Shown one piece after another: positions 40,536 to 50,706 of a stretch of 64,000 nt of DNA. Position 1 is the first letter of the stretch. Every line of letters begins with the position of its first letter. The position numbers and the translations under genes are program-made. The notes under the pieces were generated by a model that ran no database searches, was not told where the DNA came from, and saw only the letters and a list, made by a program, of their open reading frames with translations. Source of the stretch: an uncultured bacterium (lineage in GTDB: Bacteria; Zhuqueibacterota; QNDG01; DTFT01); assembly GCA_963736115.1 (NCBI GenBank), contig CAVTNR010000008.1:96001-160000 (forward strand), in the 5' to 3' direction.

Positions 40536-40563
40536 TAGACCGGTTTCGGGTTGAAAGGTTGCA
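40536..40563 (-). promoter_or_regulatory. ECF promoter (autoregulatory) for the sigma gene
   Basis: TGCAACC-N16-GTCTA on the minus strand. Confidence 0.75.
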
Positions 40564-40585
40564 TGTTATTTTTTTGCGCGGGAAA

Positions 40586-40613
40586 TGCAACCTTCCGGCT
40601 TTTCGCCGGTCTA
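40586..40613 (+). promoter_or_regulatory. ECF promoter for the divergent membrane protein gene
   Basis: TGCAACC-N16-GTCTA, identical boxes and spacing to 40536-40563. Confidence 0.75.
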
Positions 40614-40670
40614 TTCATACAGAGACGCAGAGATCGAAAGTAATCGTTCATTCAAAACAAGGAGACCGAC

Positions 40671-41060
40671 ATGGATCATTTTGAACTCACTCCCGTTCTC
40701 GTGATGGGCGTCATTTTCTGGGGGATCATCGCCATACTCCGCGAAGTGTCCCAGAACAAACTGCGGCACCGCATCGTGGACAAGGGCATGGACCCGGCTG
40801 AAGCCAGCGCCCTGTTCCGCAGTGCCTCGGTCGCGCCCCGGTGGACCAGTCTGAAATGGGGAATGGTGTTGACCGGCATCGGACTCGTGCTCCTGATCGG
40901 CCAGCTGATCCCCGCGGATGTTTCGGAGGAGGCGACGATCGGCGCCATGATGGTGGCTGCCGGCCTGGCCCTGCTGGCGTTTCATTTCGTGATGAGCAAG
41001 GCTGTCGCCGCTTCGGACAGCATCGAACCGGCCGGCAAGGCGGAAAGCCGGAAACGGTAG
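40671..41060 (+). CDS. Small membrane protein (DUF6249-like)
   Basis: Three TM helices, IVDKGMD, LKWGMVLTGIG; AAGGAG RBS. Confidence 0.75.
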   Translation: MDHFELTPVLVMGVIFWGIIAILREVSQNKLRHRIVDKGMDPAEASALFRSASVAPRWTSLKWGMVLTGIGLVLLIGQLIPADVSEEATIGAMMVAAGLALLAFHFVMSKAVAASDSIEPAGKAESRKR

Positions 41061-41121
41061 GATGATCAGCTTCGACGCACCTGAAAGGTGCGTCGAAGAT
41101 TCTTTTTGCGCAAACCCGCAG

Positions 41122-41158
41122 AAAAAAAGCGGAGAGGATGAGATCCTCTCCGCTTTTT
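41122..41158. terminator. Bidirectional intrinsic terminator
   Basis: A7-GCGGAGAGGAT-GAG-ATCCTCTCCGC-T5. Confidence 0.8.
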
Positions 41159-41176
41159 GCTGTATCTCAGATCTTG

Positions 41177-41398
41177 TCAGGACTTCTGTTTCTTCGGATT
41201 GAACTGAATCGTGTAGAAGACGCCCATGATCAGCAGAAGAACACCCCACCAGATGCCCGCATGCAGTTCGTTCAGGACCACCGGATTTTCGGGGGGATTG
41301 AAGTATCCGTAAATGCCGGCGCCCAGGATCATGACTCCGTACACGTCCAGGAGCAGTCCGATCGCGAACCAGATCGAAAACAGTTGTTGTTTCGCCAT
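41177..41398 (-). CDS. Small 2-TM protein accompanying the SSS transporter
   Basis: SIWFAIGLLL...LHAGIWWG; 10 bp downstream of the transporter. Confidence 0.75.
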   Translation of the reverse strand: MAKQQLFSIWFAIGLLLDVYGVMILGAGIYGYFNPPENPVVLNELHAGIWWGVLLLIMGVFYTIQFNPKKQKS

Positions 41399-41407
41399 GT
41401 CTCACCC

Positions 41408-43210
41408 CTACCAGAAAATGATGTTCAGGATCACGAAGATCACGGCCACGACGCCCGCCCAGAAGATGGAACGCTTGTAGAACGGGAAATGGCCTTCCGA
41501 CGGAATCACGGTCTGGCCGTAGACCAGGCCGGTCAGTTCCTTGTCCGGTTTGGGTTTGGTCAGCAGGCTGACCACGACGGTGACGACCACGCAGATCACC
41601 CAGCACCAGAGCGCGCGGTACATGTTTTCGGCCATGTCCGAAATGGGCATTGTCGGTATGACCGTTCCGGCCGGAGCCGAAGCCTTCAGGGCCATCCAAT
41701 CCTGCATTTTGCCGTGCGCGGACGGAGAGAAGGCCATGTACGCCAGAAACGAGGCGTCCACGAACTTCACCCAGGCCCACATCCCGATCGACGACAGCGT
41801 GCCCGCGAGCAGTCCCCAGAATCCGCCGGCCGGGGTGGCCCGCTTCCAGAGCATGCCGAGGATCACCGTGCCGAACAGGGGCGCGATGAAGAAGCTGAAA
41901 AGCGCCTGCACGTAGTCCATGATGCTCTGGAACTGCATGACGAGATAGGCGGTGCCGATGCTGACCAGCACGCCGAGCAATAGTGCACCAACGGCCGACC
42001 TTCACGTAGTGCTGATCGCGATTTCTGCTTGGCCAGCGGACGGTAGATGTCGTAGGTCCACACGGTCGCGAACGCGCTTACGTTGCCGGCCATGCCCGAC
42101 ATGAAGCCCGCGATCAGCGCGGTGATGCCGAGGCCCAGCAGTCCGGGCCCGCAGTACCGCGCGAGCATGAGCGGGAGCACCTCGTTGTAGCTGTGGCCGC
42201 CGGTCGCGATCGCCTCCGCTTCCCCGACCAGCTTGAAGGGCAGAACACCGAGGCCCAGGAGTCCCGGAAGAATGACGATGAACGGGACGCACATCTTGAA
42301 CGCCGCGCCGATGATCGGCGCCAGCTTGGCGGATCGCAGGTCCTTCGCGGTCATCACGCGCTGGACGACCAGGAAGTCGGTCGTCCAGTAACCCATCGAG
42401 ATGATGGCGCCGAGGCCGAATACGATGCCGATCCAGTGGATGCCCATGGGATTGTCCGAGAAGGATCCCATGGTGCGCCAGAGATGGGTGTAGTCGCCGC
42501 CCGGGAAATTCTGGTGGATGCGGGCCACGAGTCCGTTCCAGCCGCCGGTCTCCACGAGGCCGACGATGGGGATCAGCAGGGCGCCGAGCCAGATGAGGAA
42601 GAACTGGAGCACCTCGTTGAAGATCGCGGAGAGCAGTCCGCCGAGCATGACGTAGGCGGCCACGGTGAGCGAAGACACCCAGATGCTGAAATGGATGTCC
42701 CAGCCGAGCACCACTTTCATCACGAGGGCCATGGAGTACATGTTGACGCCGCTCATGAAGACGGTCATGAGACCGAACGAGACGGCCGACAGCCGAGCGT
42801 GCCCCATTGCCGTACCGGAGCTGAAGATAGCCGGGAACGGAATGGGTCTTCGAGATGTAGTAGAACGGCATCATCACCACGGCGAGGAACAGCATCGCCG
42901 GAATGGCGCCGATCCAGTACCAGTGGGTGGCCAGGATGCCGTACTGGTAGGAGGCGGCCGCCCATCCCATCAGTTCGAGGGAGCCGAGGTTCGCGGCAAC
43001 GAAGCTCAGGCCCGCGACCCAGGCGGTCATCTCCCGTCCGGCCATGAAGAAATCCTCGCCGGTTTTCGTGTGCTTCTTGAGCATGACGCCGATTCCGATG
43101 ACCAGCAGAAAGTAGACGACGATGATGAGTACGTCGATGGTACTCATCTTCAGCAGCGACCCGGATGTTCCCAGGTTCGCCGCGGCGCAGAGTGCCAGGT
43201 GACCGATCAT
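41408..43210 (-). CDS. Sodium:solute symporter (sugar-type), frameshifts near 42800 and about 41980-42030
   Basis: DFFMAGR, SVPGYLQLRY, GYWTTDFLVVQR, AGFMSGMAGNVSAF, TVILGMLWKR across three ORFs. Confidence 0.87.
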
Positions 43211-43265
43211 ACGCGGTTTCGCCTTCTTTTATGAGAGTGGGGGTGATGGGAAGCGAACTCCGGAC

Positions 43266-43294
43266 AATTTATAACGGTTCGGAGAGAATGTCAA
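43266..43294 (-). promoter_or_regulatory. Sigma70 promoter for the SSS gene
   Basis: TTGACA-N17-TAAATT on the minus strand. Confidence 0.6.
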
Positions 43295-43317
43295 GTGGGA
43301 AATCGATTAAGGTAACG

Positions 43318-43380
43318 ATGAAGGACACTGCCGCCCGCGCCGGGTATCGCAAGTAACTTGAACGATGGACGCCGCCCGAT
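43318..43380 (-). repeat. Internally deleted copy of repeat family B
   Basis: Reverse complement reads ATCGGGCGGC|GTCCATCGTTCAAGTTACTTGCGATACCC...GTCCTTCAT. Confidence 0.65.
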
Positions 43381-43481
43381 TAAAAAGCGGTTGATTTCGA
43401 GTAAAACTTTAATAAATTGCGTCATATTATGGAGTTGCCCTTTCAGCGTTTCATTCCCGGATTTTCAGTTCGAGGTCAGAT

Positions 43482-46400
43482 ATGAAGCGTACGCTTCGCG
43501 CAGTCGCGGGAATCCTATTCGCGGTCGCTGTGTTATTATCCTGCGGCCGTGGCACGCCCGACTCGTCCCTGGCGCTCCGGCCGGATCGGCTCCGGTGCGA
43601 ATCTTTGCGGAATCCCGAGGGTATTTCGGAACCCGCGCCCAGGCTGTCCTGGTCCCTGGCCAGCGCGGCCCGCGGACGTTATCAGACCGCTTTTCGCATT
43701 CTTGCGGCCGCTTCCATGGAAGCGCTCCGGCAGGACCGGGGCGATGTCTGGGACTCGGGGCAGGTCCCGGCCGTCCGAACGGCTTCCGCGGTCTACGCGG
43801 GCCGTCCGCTTCAGAGCGGCGAACCCGTGTACTGGAAGGTCAAGGTCTGGGACAGGGACGGAAGTGAATCGGACTGGAGCGATCCGGCCTTCTGGATGAC
43901 CGGGCCGCTGGGATCCTTCCGGTGGAAAGCGGACTGGATCGGCATGGAAAAGCCCCTGGCCGGGGACAACCCGGCAGGGCCGCGGCCGCGCTGCTCCGCG
44001 AGGATGCTCCGAAAGGAATTCGACGTCCCGGCCGGCCTGAAACGGGCCGTCGTGTTCTACAGCGGACTCGGGCTGAGCGTGCTCAGCCTGAACGGCCGGC
44101 GGGTCGGGGACGAGGTGCTGTCGCCGCCGCTTTCGGATTATTCGAAACGCGTGACCACGGTCACGCACGACGTCACGCCCCACTGCATCCCCGGCCGCAA
44201 CGCGATCGGCGTCATGCTCGGCAACGGCCGCTATTTTCCGCCCAGACCAGACGGAGGCGGAGGTCCTCCGCCGTATCCCAAACTCATTCTGCACCTCCGG
44301 CTTGAATTGGAGGACGGTTCGATCCGTGAAATCGTCAGCGACACGACCTGGACCCTCACCGCGTCCGGACCGATCACGGCAAACAATGAATTCGACGGGG
44401 AATTCCACGACAGCCGCAGGGAAATACAGGGATGGGACAGCCCCGGATTCGACGATTCCGGCTGGATGTCCGCCCGCCGGGTGACCGGCCCGTCCGGCCG
44501 CCTGACCGGCAGGCCCATCGCGCCGATGCGGGTGATCCGGACCCTGAAGCCGGTTCGGCAGACGGCCGGCCCGAAGGGCGCTTTTATCTGCGATATGGGC
44601 GAAAACGTCGCGGGATGGGCGCGAATCACCCTGCGTAAGCCGGCGTCCGGCGCCGCGGTTCGGCTCCGTTTCGCCGAGACCCTGAGGCCGGACGGGGAGC
44701 TTGACACCCGGAACCTGCGCACCGCGCTTGCCGAGGACATGTACATCTCCCGGGGAGACAGCGTCGAGACTTGGGAGCCGAAATTCACCATACACGGATT
44801 CCGGTATGTGGAGGTCTCCGCGGCCCGGGGCTGTGAGCTGGACTCTTCGAGCATCGAGGGCCGCGTCGTGCACGACGACGTCGAGCTCGTCGGCTCTTTC
44901 ACATGCTCGAGCCCGGTGGTGAACCGCACCTTCCGCAATGCCGTGCGCGGCATTCTCGGCAATTACCGGAGCATGCCCACGGACTGCCCCCAGCGCGACG
45001 AGCGTCAGGGCTGGCTCGGCGACCGGCTTGCGTCCTCGCTCGGGGAAAGCTATGTCGCGGACGTGCACGCCCTGTACACGAAATGGATGGACGACATCCG
45101 CGACAGCCAAACGGAAACGGGATCCATTCCCGACGTCGCCCCGCCTTTCTGGAAAGTGTACACAGACAATGTTTCCTGGCCCGGCGCCTATATCTTTTTC
45201 GGCGACATGCTCCGGGTCCAGTACGGCGATTCGCTGATCGTGCGGCGCCATTATCCCGCCATGGCGGCCTGGATGCGGCACATGAAGCGATATCTGTCCG
45301 GCGGCCTGATGCTCAAGGACACCTACGGCGACTGGTGCGCGCCGCCGGAATCGCCCGGTCTCATCCACACGGCCGATCCGGCGCGCATCACCCCGCCCGG
45401 CCTCATCGGCACTGCGCTGTACTGCGGGGAGGCGGAACTCATGCGGTCGTTCGCGCACCTGACGGACGCTCCGGACGACGCCCGGGAGTGGGCCGAACTC
45501 GCGAAGGACCTGCGGGAGGCACTGAACAGCCGGGTGTGGGACGCGGCCGGGCGCACATACGGAAACGGTTCGGTCACCTCCAACCTGCTCCCGCTGGGTC
45601 TCGGGCTGGCGCCGGAACAGGCGGCCAAAGAGGCGATGGCGCGCATTCTGGAGCGCATCCTGGGCGATTATGACGGCCACACGGCCGTCGGCCTGGTCGG
45701 CAGCCAGTGGCTGATGCGCACCCTGAGCCGGAACGGCAGGCCGGACGTCGCGCTCCTTCTCGCGGAAAACACGACCTACCCGAGCTGGGGGTACATGGCC
45801 GAGAAGGGCGCGACCACGATATGGGAACTGTGGAACGGGGACACCGCCGATCCCTCCATGAATTCCGGCAACCACGTCATGCTGCTCGGAGACTTCATCC
45901 CCTGGCTTTTCGAGGACGCGGCCGGCATTCGGCCCGACCCGCTCCTGCCCGGGTTCAGGCACATTCTCATGCGGCCCATGCCCGCGGCCGGACTGACTTC
46001 GGCCCGCGCCTCGCTCGAGTCGCCGAACGGCCTGATTGTCAGCGACTGGCGAATGGCGGACGGACGCTTCGAATGGTCCGTCGAAGTGCCGCCGAACGCG
46101 GAAGCCGAGGTTTTCGTGCCCGCGGCATCCGAAAAGGACGTGCGTGAGGGGGGGAGGCCGGCCGGGAAGTCAGAGGGCGTCCGGTTCGTCCGGATGGAAA
46201 ACGGCCGCGCGGTGTTCGCGGTCGGTTCCGGCAAATACCGCTTCACGTCCGCAAGCGCGGCGCCGGCCGGTCCGGCCAAGACTGCGGTCTCGACGCCCGC
46301 GATCCATCCCTCCGACACTTCCATCGCCGTGCCGGGAACCGCACAAATCCGAATGGAATGCCGCACACCGGGCGCGGAGATCCGGTACACGCTTGACGGT

Positions 46401-46964
46401 TCCGACCCCGACAGCCGGTCTCCCCTGTACGCCGAGCCCTTCGAGACCGACAGTCCGGTTCTCGTGTCAGCGGCCGCTTTCAAACCGGGAATGGAGCGGA
46501 GCTATATCCGGCGATCCCGCATCGACGTGTACCGCCCCGAATCCCACGGCTTGTCCTGTTCCCTGTACGAGGGATTCTGGAACGCGCTTCCGGATTTCAG
46601 CCGGCTCCGGCCGCGCCGGACCGTGTCGCCCGCGGGGATCAGCCTGAACGCGGTTCCGCGTCCTGCGGACGGTTTCGGCCTGGTGTTCACGGGATTTCTG
46701 AACGCGACCGCTGAGGGGGATTACCGCTTTCGCCTCCTTTCGGACGACGGCAGCCGGCTTGATGTGGACGGCAGGACCGTGGTTTCGAATGATTCGGTGC
46801 ACGATGTCTCCGAGGCCTCGGGTTCGGTGCGGCTGTCCAAAGGCCGGCACAGCGTGCGGCTGGAGTACTTCGATGCTCGGGGCGGCGAGTCTCTGCGTCT
46901 CGACTGGGAAGGGCCCGGCATCCCGGCGGGCCGGGTGCCCCGGTCCGTCCTGTCCCCGAAGTAA
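43482..46964 (+). CDS. Alpha-L-rhamnosidase GH78 lipoprotein with chitobiase/FN3-like and PA14 domains
   Basis: PTDCPQRDERQGWLGD, YGDW, GATTIWELW, SGNHVMLLG, SDDGSRL. Confidence 0.93.
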   Translation: MKRTLRAVAGILFAVAVLLSCGRGTPDSSLALRPDRLRCESLRNPEGISEPAPRLSWSLASAARGRYQTAFRILAAASMEALRQDRGDVWDSGQVPAVRTASAVYAGRPLQSGEPVYWKVKVWDRDGSESDWSDPAFWMTGPLGSFRWKADWIGMEKPLAGDNPAGPRPRCSARMLRKEFDVPAGLKRAVVFYSGLGLSVLSLNGRRVGDEVLSPPLSDYSKRVTTVTHDVTPHCIPGRNAIGVMLGNGRYFPPRPDGGGGPPPYPKLILHLRLELEDGSIREIVSDTTWTLTASGPITANNEFDGEFHDSRREIQGWDSPGFDDSGWMSARRVTGPSGRLTGRPIAPMRVIRTLKPVRQTAGPKGAFICDMGENVAGWARITLRKPASGAAVRLRFAETLRPDGELDTRNLRTALAEDMYISRGDSVETWEPKFTIHGFRYVEVSAARGCELDSSSIEGRVVHDDVELVGSFTCSSPVVNRTFRNAVRGILGNYRSMPTDCPQRDERQGWLGDRLASSLGESYVADVHALYTKWMDDIRDSQTETGSIPDVAPPFWKVYTDNVSWPGAYIFFGDMLRVQYGDSLIVRRHYPAMAAWMRHMKRYLSGGLMLKDTYGDWCAPPESPGLIHTADPARITPPGLIGTALYCGEAELMRSFAHLTDAPDDAREWAELAKDLREALNSRVWDAAGRTYGNGSVTSNLLPLGLGLAPEQAAKEAMARILERILGDYDGHTAVGLVGSQWLMRTLSRNGRPDVALLLAENTTYPSWGYMAEKGATTIWELWNGDTADPSMNSGNHVMLLGDFIPWLFEDAAGIRPDPLLPGFRHILMRPMPAAGLTSARASLESPNGLIVSDWRMADGRFEWSVEVPPNAEAEVFVPAASEKDVREGGRPAGKSEGVRFVRMENGRAVFAVGSGKYRFTSASAAPAGPAKTAVSTPAIHPSDTSIAVPGTAQIRMECRTPGAEIRYTLDGSDPDSRSPLYAEPFETDSPVLVSAAAFKPGMERSYIRRSRIDVYRPESHGLSCSLYEGFWNALPDFSRLRPRRTVSPAGISLNAVPRPADGFGLVFTGFLNATAEGDYRFRLLSDDGSRLDVDGRTVVSNDSVHDVSEASGSVRLSKGRHSVRLEYFDARGGESLRLDWEGPGIPAGRVPRSVLSPK

Positions 46965-46988
46965 GCGTGTTTGATAAGGACGGCCGTC

Positions 46989-48575
46989 ATGCGGAGACTT
47001 CACATTCCGAAAATCGTCCGGCTCGCGACAGCCGTTCTGCTGGTGCCGGTCTTCCTCTACACCGCGTTTCAGCTCATCCAGCGGGGACGGGAGGAGGACC
47101 TCATCCGGAGTATTTACGAGCGCCAGCTCGAAAGCCTGCTGTTCTCCGTGAACCAGCACTGCTGGGACTCTGTCCGCGCCATGGAATCGGAACTCGCCGC
47201 CGGCCTCGAAGCCCCGGAGGGCCGCAACTCCCTGGACCGTTTTTTCTTCCGGCACCCGGTCGCGGTCGGCGCGTTCGCCGCCGGATCCGGCGGCGCCGGC
47301 ATCCGGATCTGGTGGAACGGCGGGCCGGAGGACGCTTCCGGAACGCCGCGGCCGGATGCGGGCCGATGCATCCTCGAAGCCCTGCGGCCGGAGCAGGCCG
47401 AACTGGATAAGCGCACGGACCGGGCGAGGGAGGGATACACCAAGCCCCTGACGATCCCTTGGCCGGGCGATGACGGCCGTCCGCTCAGCCTGCTCTTCTT
47501 TCCGTCCGTTTCGGACCGGCGCACGGGCTTTCACGGCTTCATTCTGGACGACGGCCAGTTCGCGGTCGAAGTGGTCGGACGCAAGTTCACGGAAATGGAC
47601 GAGGCCGATCTGGTGTTCGGCGTGCGGCGGAGGGAAAGCGGCGCGCTCCTCACCCGGACCCAGGACGCGGGCGCGGTGTCGTTCGAAAAGAACGAGCCGC
47701 TCTGGGTTCTGCCCCATCTCGACCTGGTCACGGCCATCCGCGGGAAAACAATCGCCGAAATTTCCCGCGTCCGGACGCGGGTGAATCTCGCCTTTCTGGC
47801 GCTTGTGAACGTCATCCTGATTCTCGGGTCGGCCGCGCTGATCCGGAACATGACGCGTGAAATCCGGCTGGCGCAGATGAAAACCGATTTTGTGGCCAGC
47901 GTGTCGCACGACCTGCGCACGCCCCTCTCGCTCATCCGGATGTACGCCGAAACACTGGAGCTGGGCCGGGTGCGGGGCGAGGACCGGAAACGGGAATACC
48001 ACCGCACCATCGTGGCGGAAGCCTCGCGGCTCACGCGCCTCATCAACAACATCCTCGACTTTTCCCGCATGGAGTCGAAGCGCAAGGAGTTCCGGCCGGT
48101 CCGCACCCGTCTTCAGCCGGTCGCGGCCGAGGTGGCCGGGATGTACGAATTCCACATGAAACAGATGAACGCGACGCTGAACCTGGACGTGGACCCGGAC
48201 GTGCCGGAAATCGACGCGGACCCGGAAATGGTCACGCAGGCTCTGGTCAACCTCATCGACAACGCCGTGAAATTCAGCCCGGAGCCGAAGTGGATCCGGG
48301 TGGCCCTGTCACACGACGCGTCGGGCGCCCTGCTGTCCGTCGAGGACCGCGGCCCGGGCATCCCCGAGGCGGAACAGAAGCGCGTGTTCGACAAGTTCTA
48401 CCGCGTCGGGCGGGCCGGATCCGGCGCGCCGCACGGCAGCGGGCTCGGGCTCAGCCTGGTGAAGCACGTCATGAACCTCCACCGCGGACAGGTCCGGCTC
48501 CGGAGCCGGACGGGGGAGGGAAGCCTGTTCACGCTGGTTTTTCCGTTTCCAGCCAAGACCCACGGAGGCGTATGA
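46989..48575 (+). CDS. Membrane sensor histidine kinase
   Basis: Two TMs, SVSHDLRTPL, NLIDNAVKF, DRGPGI, GSGLGL. Confidence 0.93.
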   Translation: MRRLHIPKIVRLATAVLLVPVFLYTAFQLIQRGREEDLIRSIYERQLESLLFSVNQHCWDSVRAMESELAAGLEAPEGRNSLDRFFFRHPVAVGAFAAGSGGAGIRIWWNGGPEDASGTPRPDAGRCILEALRPEQAELDKRTDRAREGYTKPLTIPWPGDDGRPLSLLFFPSVSDRRTGFHGFILDDGQFAVEVVGRKFTEMDEADLVFGVRRRESGALLTRTQDAGAVSFEKNEPLWVLPHLDLVTAIRGKTIAEISRVRTRVNLAFLALVNVILILGSAALIRNMTREIRLAQMKTDFVASVSHDLRTPLSLIRMYAETLELGRVRGEDRKREYHRTIVAEASRLTRLINNILDFSRMESKRKEFRPVRTRLQPVAAEVAGMYEFHMKQMNATLNLDVDPDVPEIDADPEMVTQALVNLIDNAVKFSPEPKWIRVALSHDASGALLSVEDRGPGIPEAEQKRVFDKFYRVGRAGSGAPHGSGLGLSLVKHVMNLHRGQVRLRSRTGEGSLFTLVFPFPAKTHGGV

Positions 48576-49252
48576 GCCGAATACTCATCGTCGAGGACGA
48601 GAAGAAAATGGCCGAGGGAATCCGGGACAACCTGGAATTCGAGGGTCATTCGGTGCGCATTGTCGACACCGGAGAGAAATGTCTGGAAGCCGTCCAGTCC
48701 GATCCGCCGGACCTCATCCTGCTCGACGTCATGCTTCCGAAAATGTCCGGATTCGACGTCTGCAAGGCCCTGCGGCAGAAAAAGATACGCACGCCCGTCA
48801 TCATGCTGACGGCCAAGGGCCAGGAGATCGACAAGGTGCTGGGGCTCGAGCTCGGCGCGGATGACTACATCACCAAGCCATTCAGCCTGCGAGAGCTGAT
48901 CTCGCGCATCAAAGCCGTGCTCCGCAGGAGCAGTCCGGACCGCGAAGCGCCGGGTGTGTGCAAAATCGGCCTGCTCGAGGTGGACTTCGGCCGGTACACG
49001 GCCACGGACGCGAAGGGGCCGGTGGATCTGTCGCACAAGGAATTCGAACTGCTCCGGTATTTTCTCGAGCACGCCGGACAGATCGTCAACCGGGACCAGC
49101 TGCTCGACCGCGTCTGGGGGTACGACATTTACCCGAATTCCAGGACCGTGGACAACTTCATCGTCCGCCTGCGCAAGAAAATCGAGTCCAATCCCTCCCA
49201 GCCGAGACACCTGCTGACCGTGCACGGGTTCGGGTACAAGCTTGTCTTGTAG
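48572..49252 (+). CDS. OmpR-family response regulator
   Basis: ILIVEDE, LLDVMLP, GADDYITKPF, RTVDNFIVRLRKKIE. Confidence 0.95.
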   Translation: MSRILIVEDEKKMAEGIRDNLEFEGHSVRIVDTGEKCLEAVQSDPPDLILLDVMLPKMSGFDVCKALRQKKIRTPVIMLTAKGQEIDKVLGLELGADDYITKPFSLRELISRIKAVLRRSSPDREAPGVCKIGLLEVDFGRYTATDAKGPVDLSHKEFELLRYFLEHAGQIVNRDQLLDRVWGYDIYPNSRTVDNFIVRLRKKIESNPSQPRHLLTVHGFGYKLVL

Positions 49253-49270
49253 GTCGACTGGGATCAAAAA

Positions 49271-49498
49271 AGTTCATGGTTCATGGTTCATAGTTCATAG
49301 TTTAATGAAAATGGGAGCGGGTCCGATATGCCCGCATCTTTTTGCGGGCCATCGGACAAATCCATGAAGATGTCCGAAAGCCTCGTCCGCTTCACGGTTT
49401 CGGCCGCTTCACGGTTTCGGCCGCTTCGCGGCCTCAACATTTCGGACCTACAACTATGAACCATGAACTATGAACTATGAACTATGAACTGTGAACTC
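49271..49498. repeat. Inverted heptamer arrays enclosing a 17-bp tandem repeat
   Basis: (AGTTCAT)n ... CCGCTTCACGGTTTCGG x2.5 (49387-49430) ... (ATGAACT)n. Confidence 0.75.
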
Positions 49499-49664
49499 TT
49501 GACCGCCTGCGACGGGCAAGCTGTTACATTATTATACACAACCGTGACACGCGTGATACGGAAACCGCTTACTTTTAAGGGCTTTCGCGCGTACCGGTCC
49601 GAAGGCGGAAAAAGAGGGGCCTGCGCCGGTCCGCTGTTGAGAACCTGACACCGGAAAATCCGAA

Positions 49665-50693
49665 ATGCTTTTTCACCGACATCTTCCATTCCGTTCCTCC
49701 GCGACCCTGTCCGGGATTCTCCTGCTGTCCGCGGTGTCGGCGCTGCGCGGCCAGGATTTCAGATGTGAACTGGATTTCAGCGGACCGTGGAAATTCGAGA
49801 TCCGGGACGACCCGCGGTTCGCGGATCCTTCGTACGACGATTCCGGCTGGGAGACGGTCAAGGTGCCCGACCTCTGGGAAAACCACGGTTTTCCGGGTTA
49901 CGACGGTTACGCCTGGTACAGGCTTGAGTTCGAGGTTTCCACTTCCCTGAAAAACCGTCCCCTGTTCCTGAAGCTGGGCGCCATCGACGACATCGACCGG
50001 ACCTACCTGAACGGCGTGCTGGTCGGCGGCCAGGGCGAATTTCCGCCGCAGGTCAAGACAGCCTGGAACGTCAAGCGCATGTACCGCGTTCCGCCCGAAT
50101 GCGTCCGGTACGGCGGCCGGAACGTGCTGGCCGTGCGGGTGTACGACCTGTGGATGGGCGGCGGCATCGTGGAAGGCGAGGTTGGTCTGTTTTCCAAGAT
50201 CAAGAACCCCGAGCTCGACCATCCGCTGCACAGGGGCTGGAAATTCGCGACCGGCGACGGCCCGGCCAGGGCCGCGGTCGAATTCGACGACTCGAAATGG
50301 GAGACCGTGGACCTGCCCGCCTACTGGGAGTCATGCGGCCACCCGGACTACAACGGATTCGCGTGGTACCGGAAAACGTTCGAGATTCCCGCGGAACTGG
50401 CCGCGGAGAAACTCATTCTACTGCTCGGCCGCATCGACGACGCGGACCAGACCTATCTCAACGGCGTGATGATCGGCCAGACCGGCCGCATCAAACTCGA
50501 AGAGGAAGCCTGGTGGGGCTCCTACATGGCCGAGCGCGCCTATTACCTGCCCGATGACCTGCTGAGGCGCGGCAAACCGAATGTCATCGCGGTCCGCGTT
50601 CTCGACACGGGCGCGGGGGGCGGCGTCTATCAGGGCCCGGTCGGCATCATGACGCGCCAAAAATACCTGCGTTACCAGAACCGCGGCAGATAA
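49665..50693 (+). CDS. Secreted protein with two galactose-binding/beta-galactosidase jelly-roll domains
   Basis: Twice WKF..GD....A...DDS.W...P..WE..G...Y.G.AWYR...LG.IDD.D.TYLNG...N..AVRV.D...GG. Confidence 0.85.
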   Translation: MLFHRHLPFRSSATLSGILLLSAVSALRGQDFRCELDFSGPWKFEIRDDPRFADPSYDDSGWETVKVPDLWENHGFPGYDGYAWYRLEFEVSTSLKNRPLFLKLGAIDDIDRTYLNGVLVGGQGEFPPQVKTAWNVKRMYRVPPECVRYGGRNVLAVRVYDLWMGGGIVEGEVGLFSKIKNPELDHPLHRGWKFATGDGPARAAVEFDDSKWETVDLPAYWESCGHPDYNGFAWYRKTFEIPAELAAEKLILLLGRIDDADQTYLNGVMIGQTGRIKLEEEAWWGSYMAERAYYLPDDLLRRGKPNVIAVRVLDTGAGGGVYQGPVGIMTRQKYLRYQNRGR

Positions 50694-50706
50694 ATCCACC
50701 CTCCCC

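Noticed and set aside
43536-45962. 808-aa minus-strand ORF
   Set aside because: Antisense shadow of the GH78 gene.
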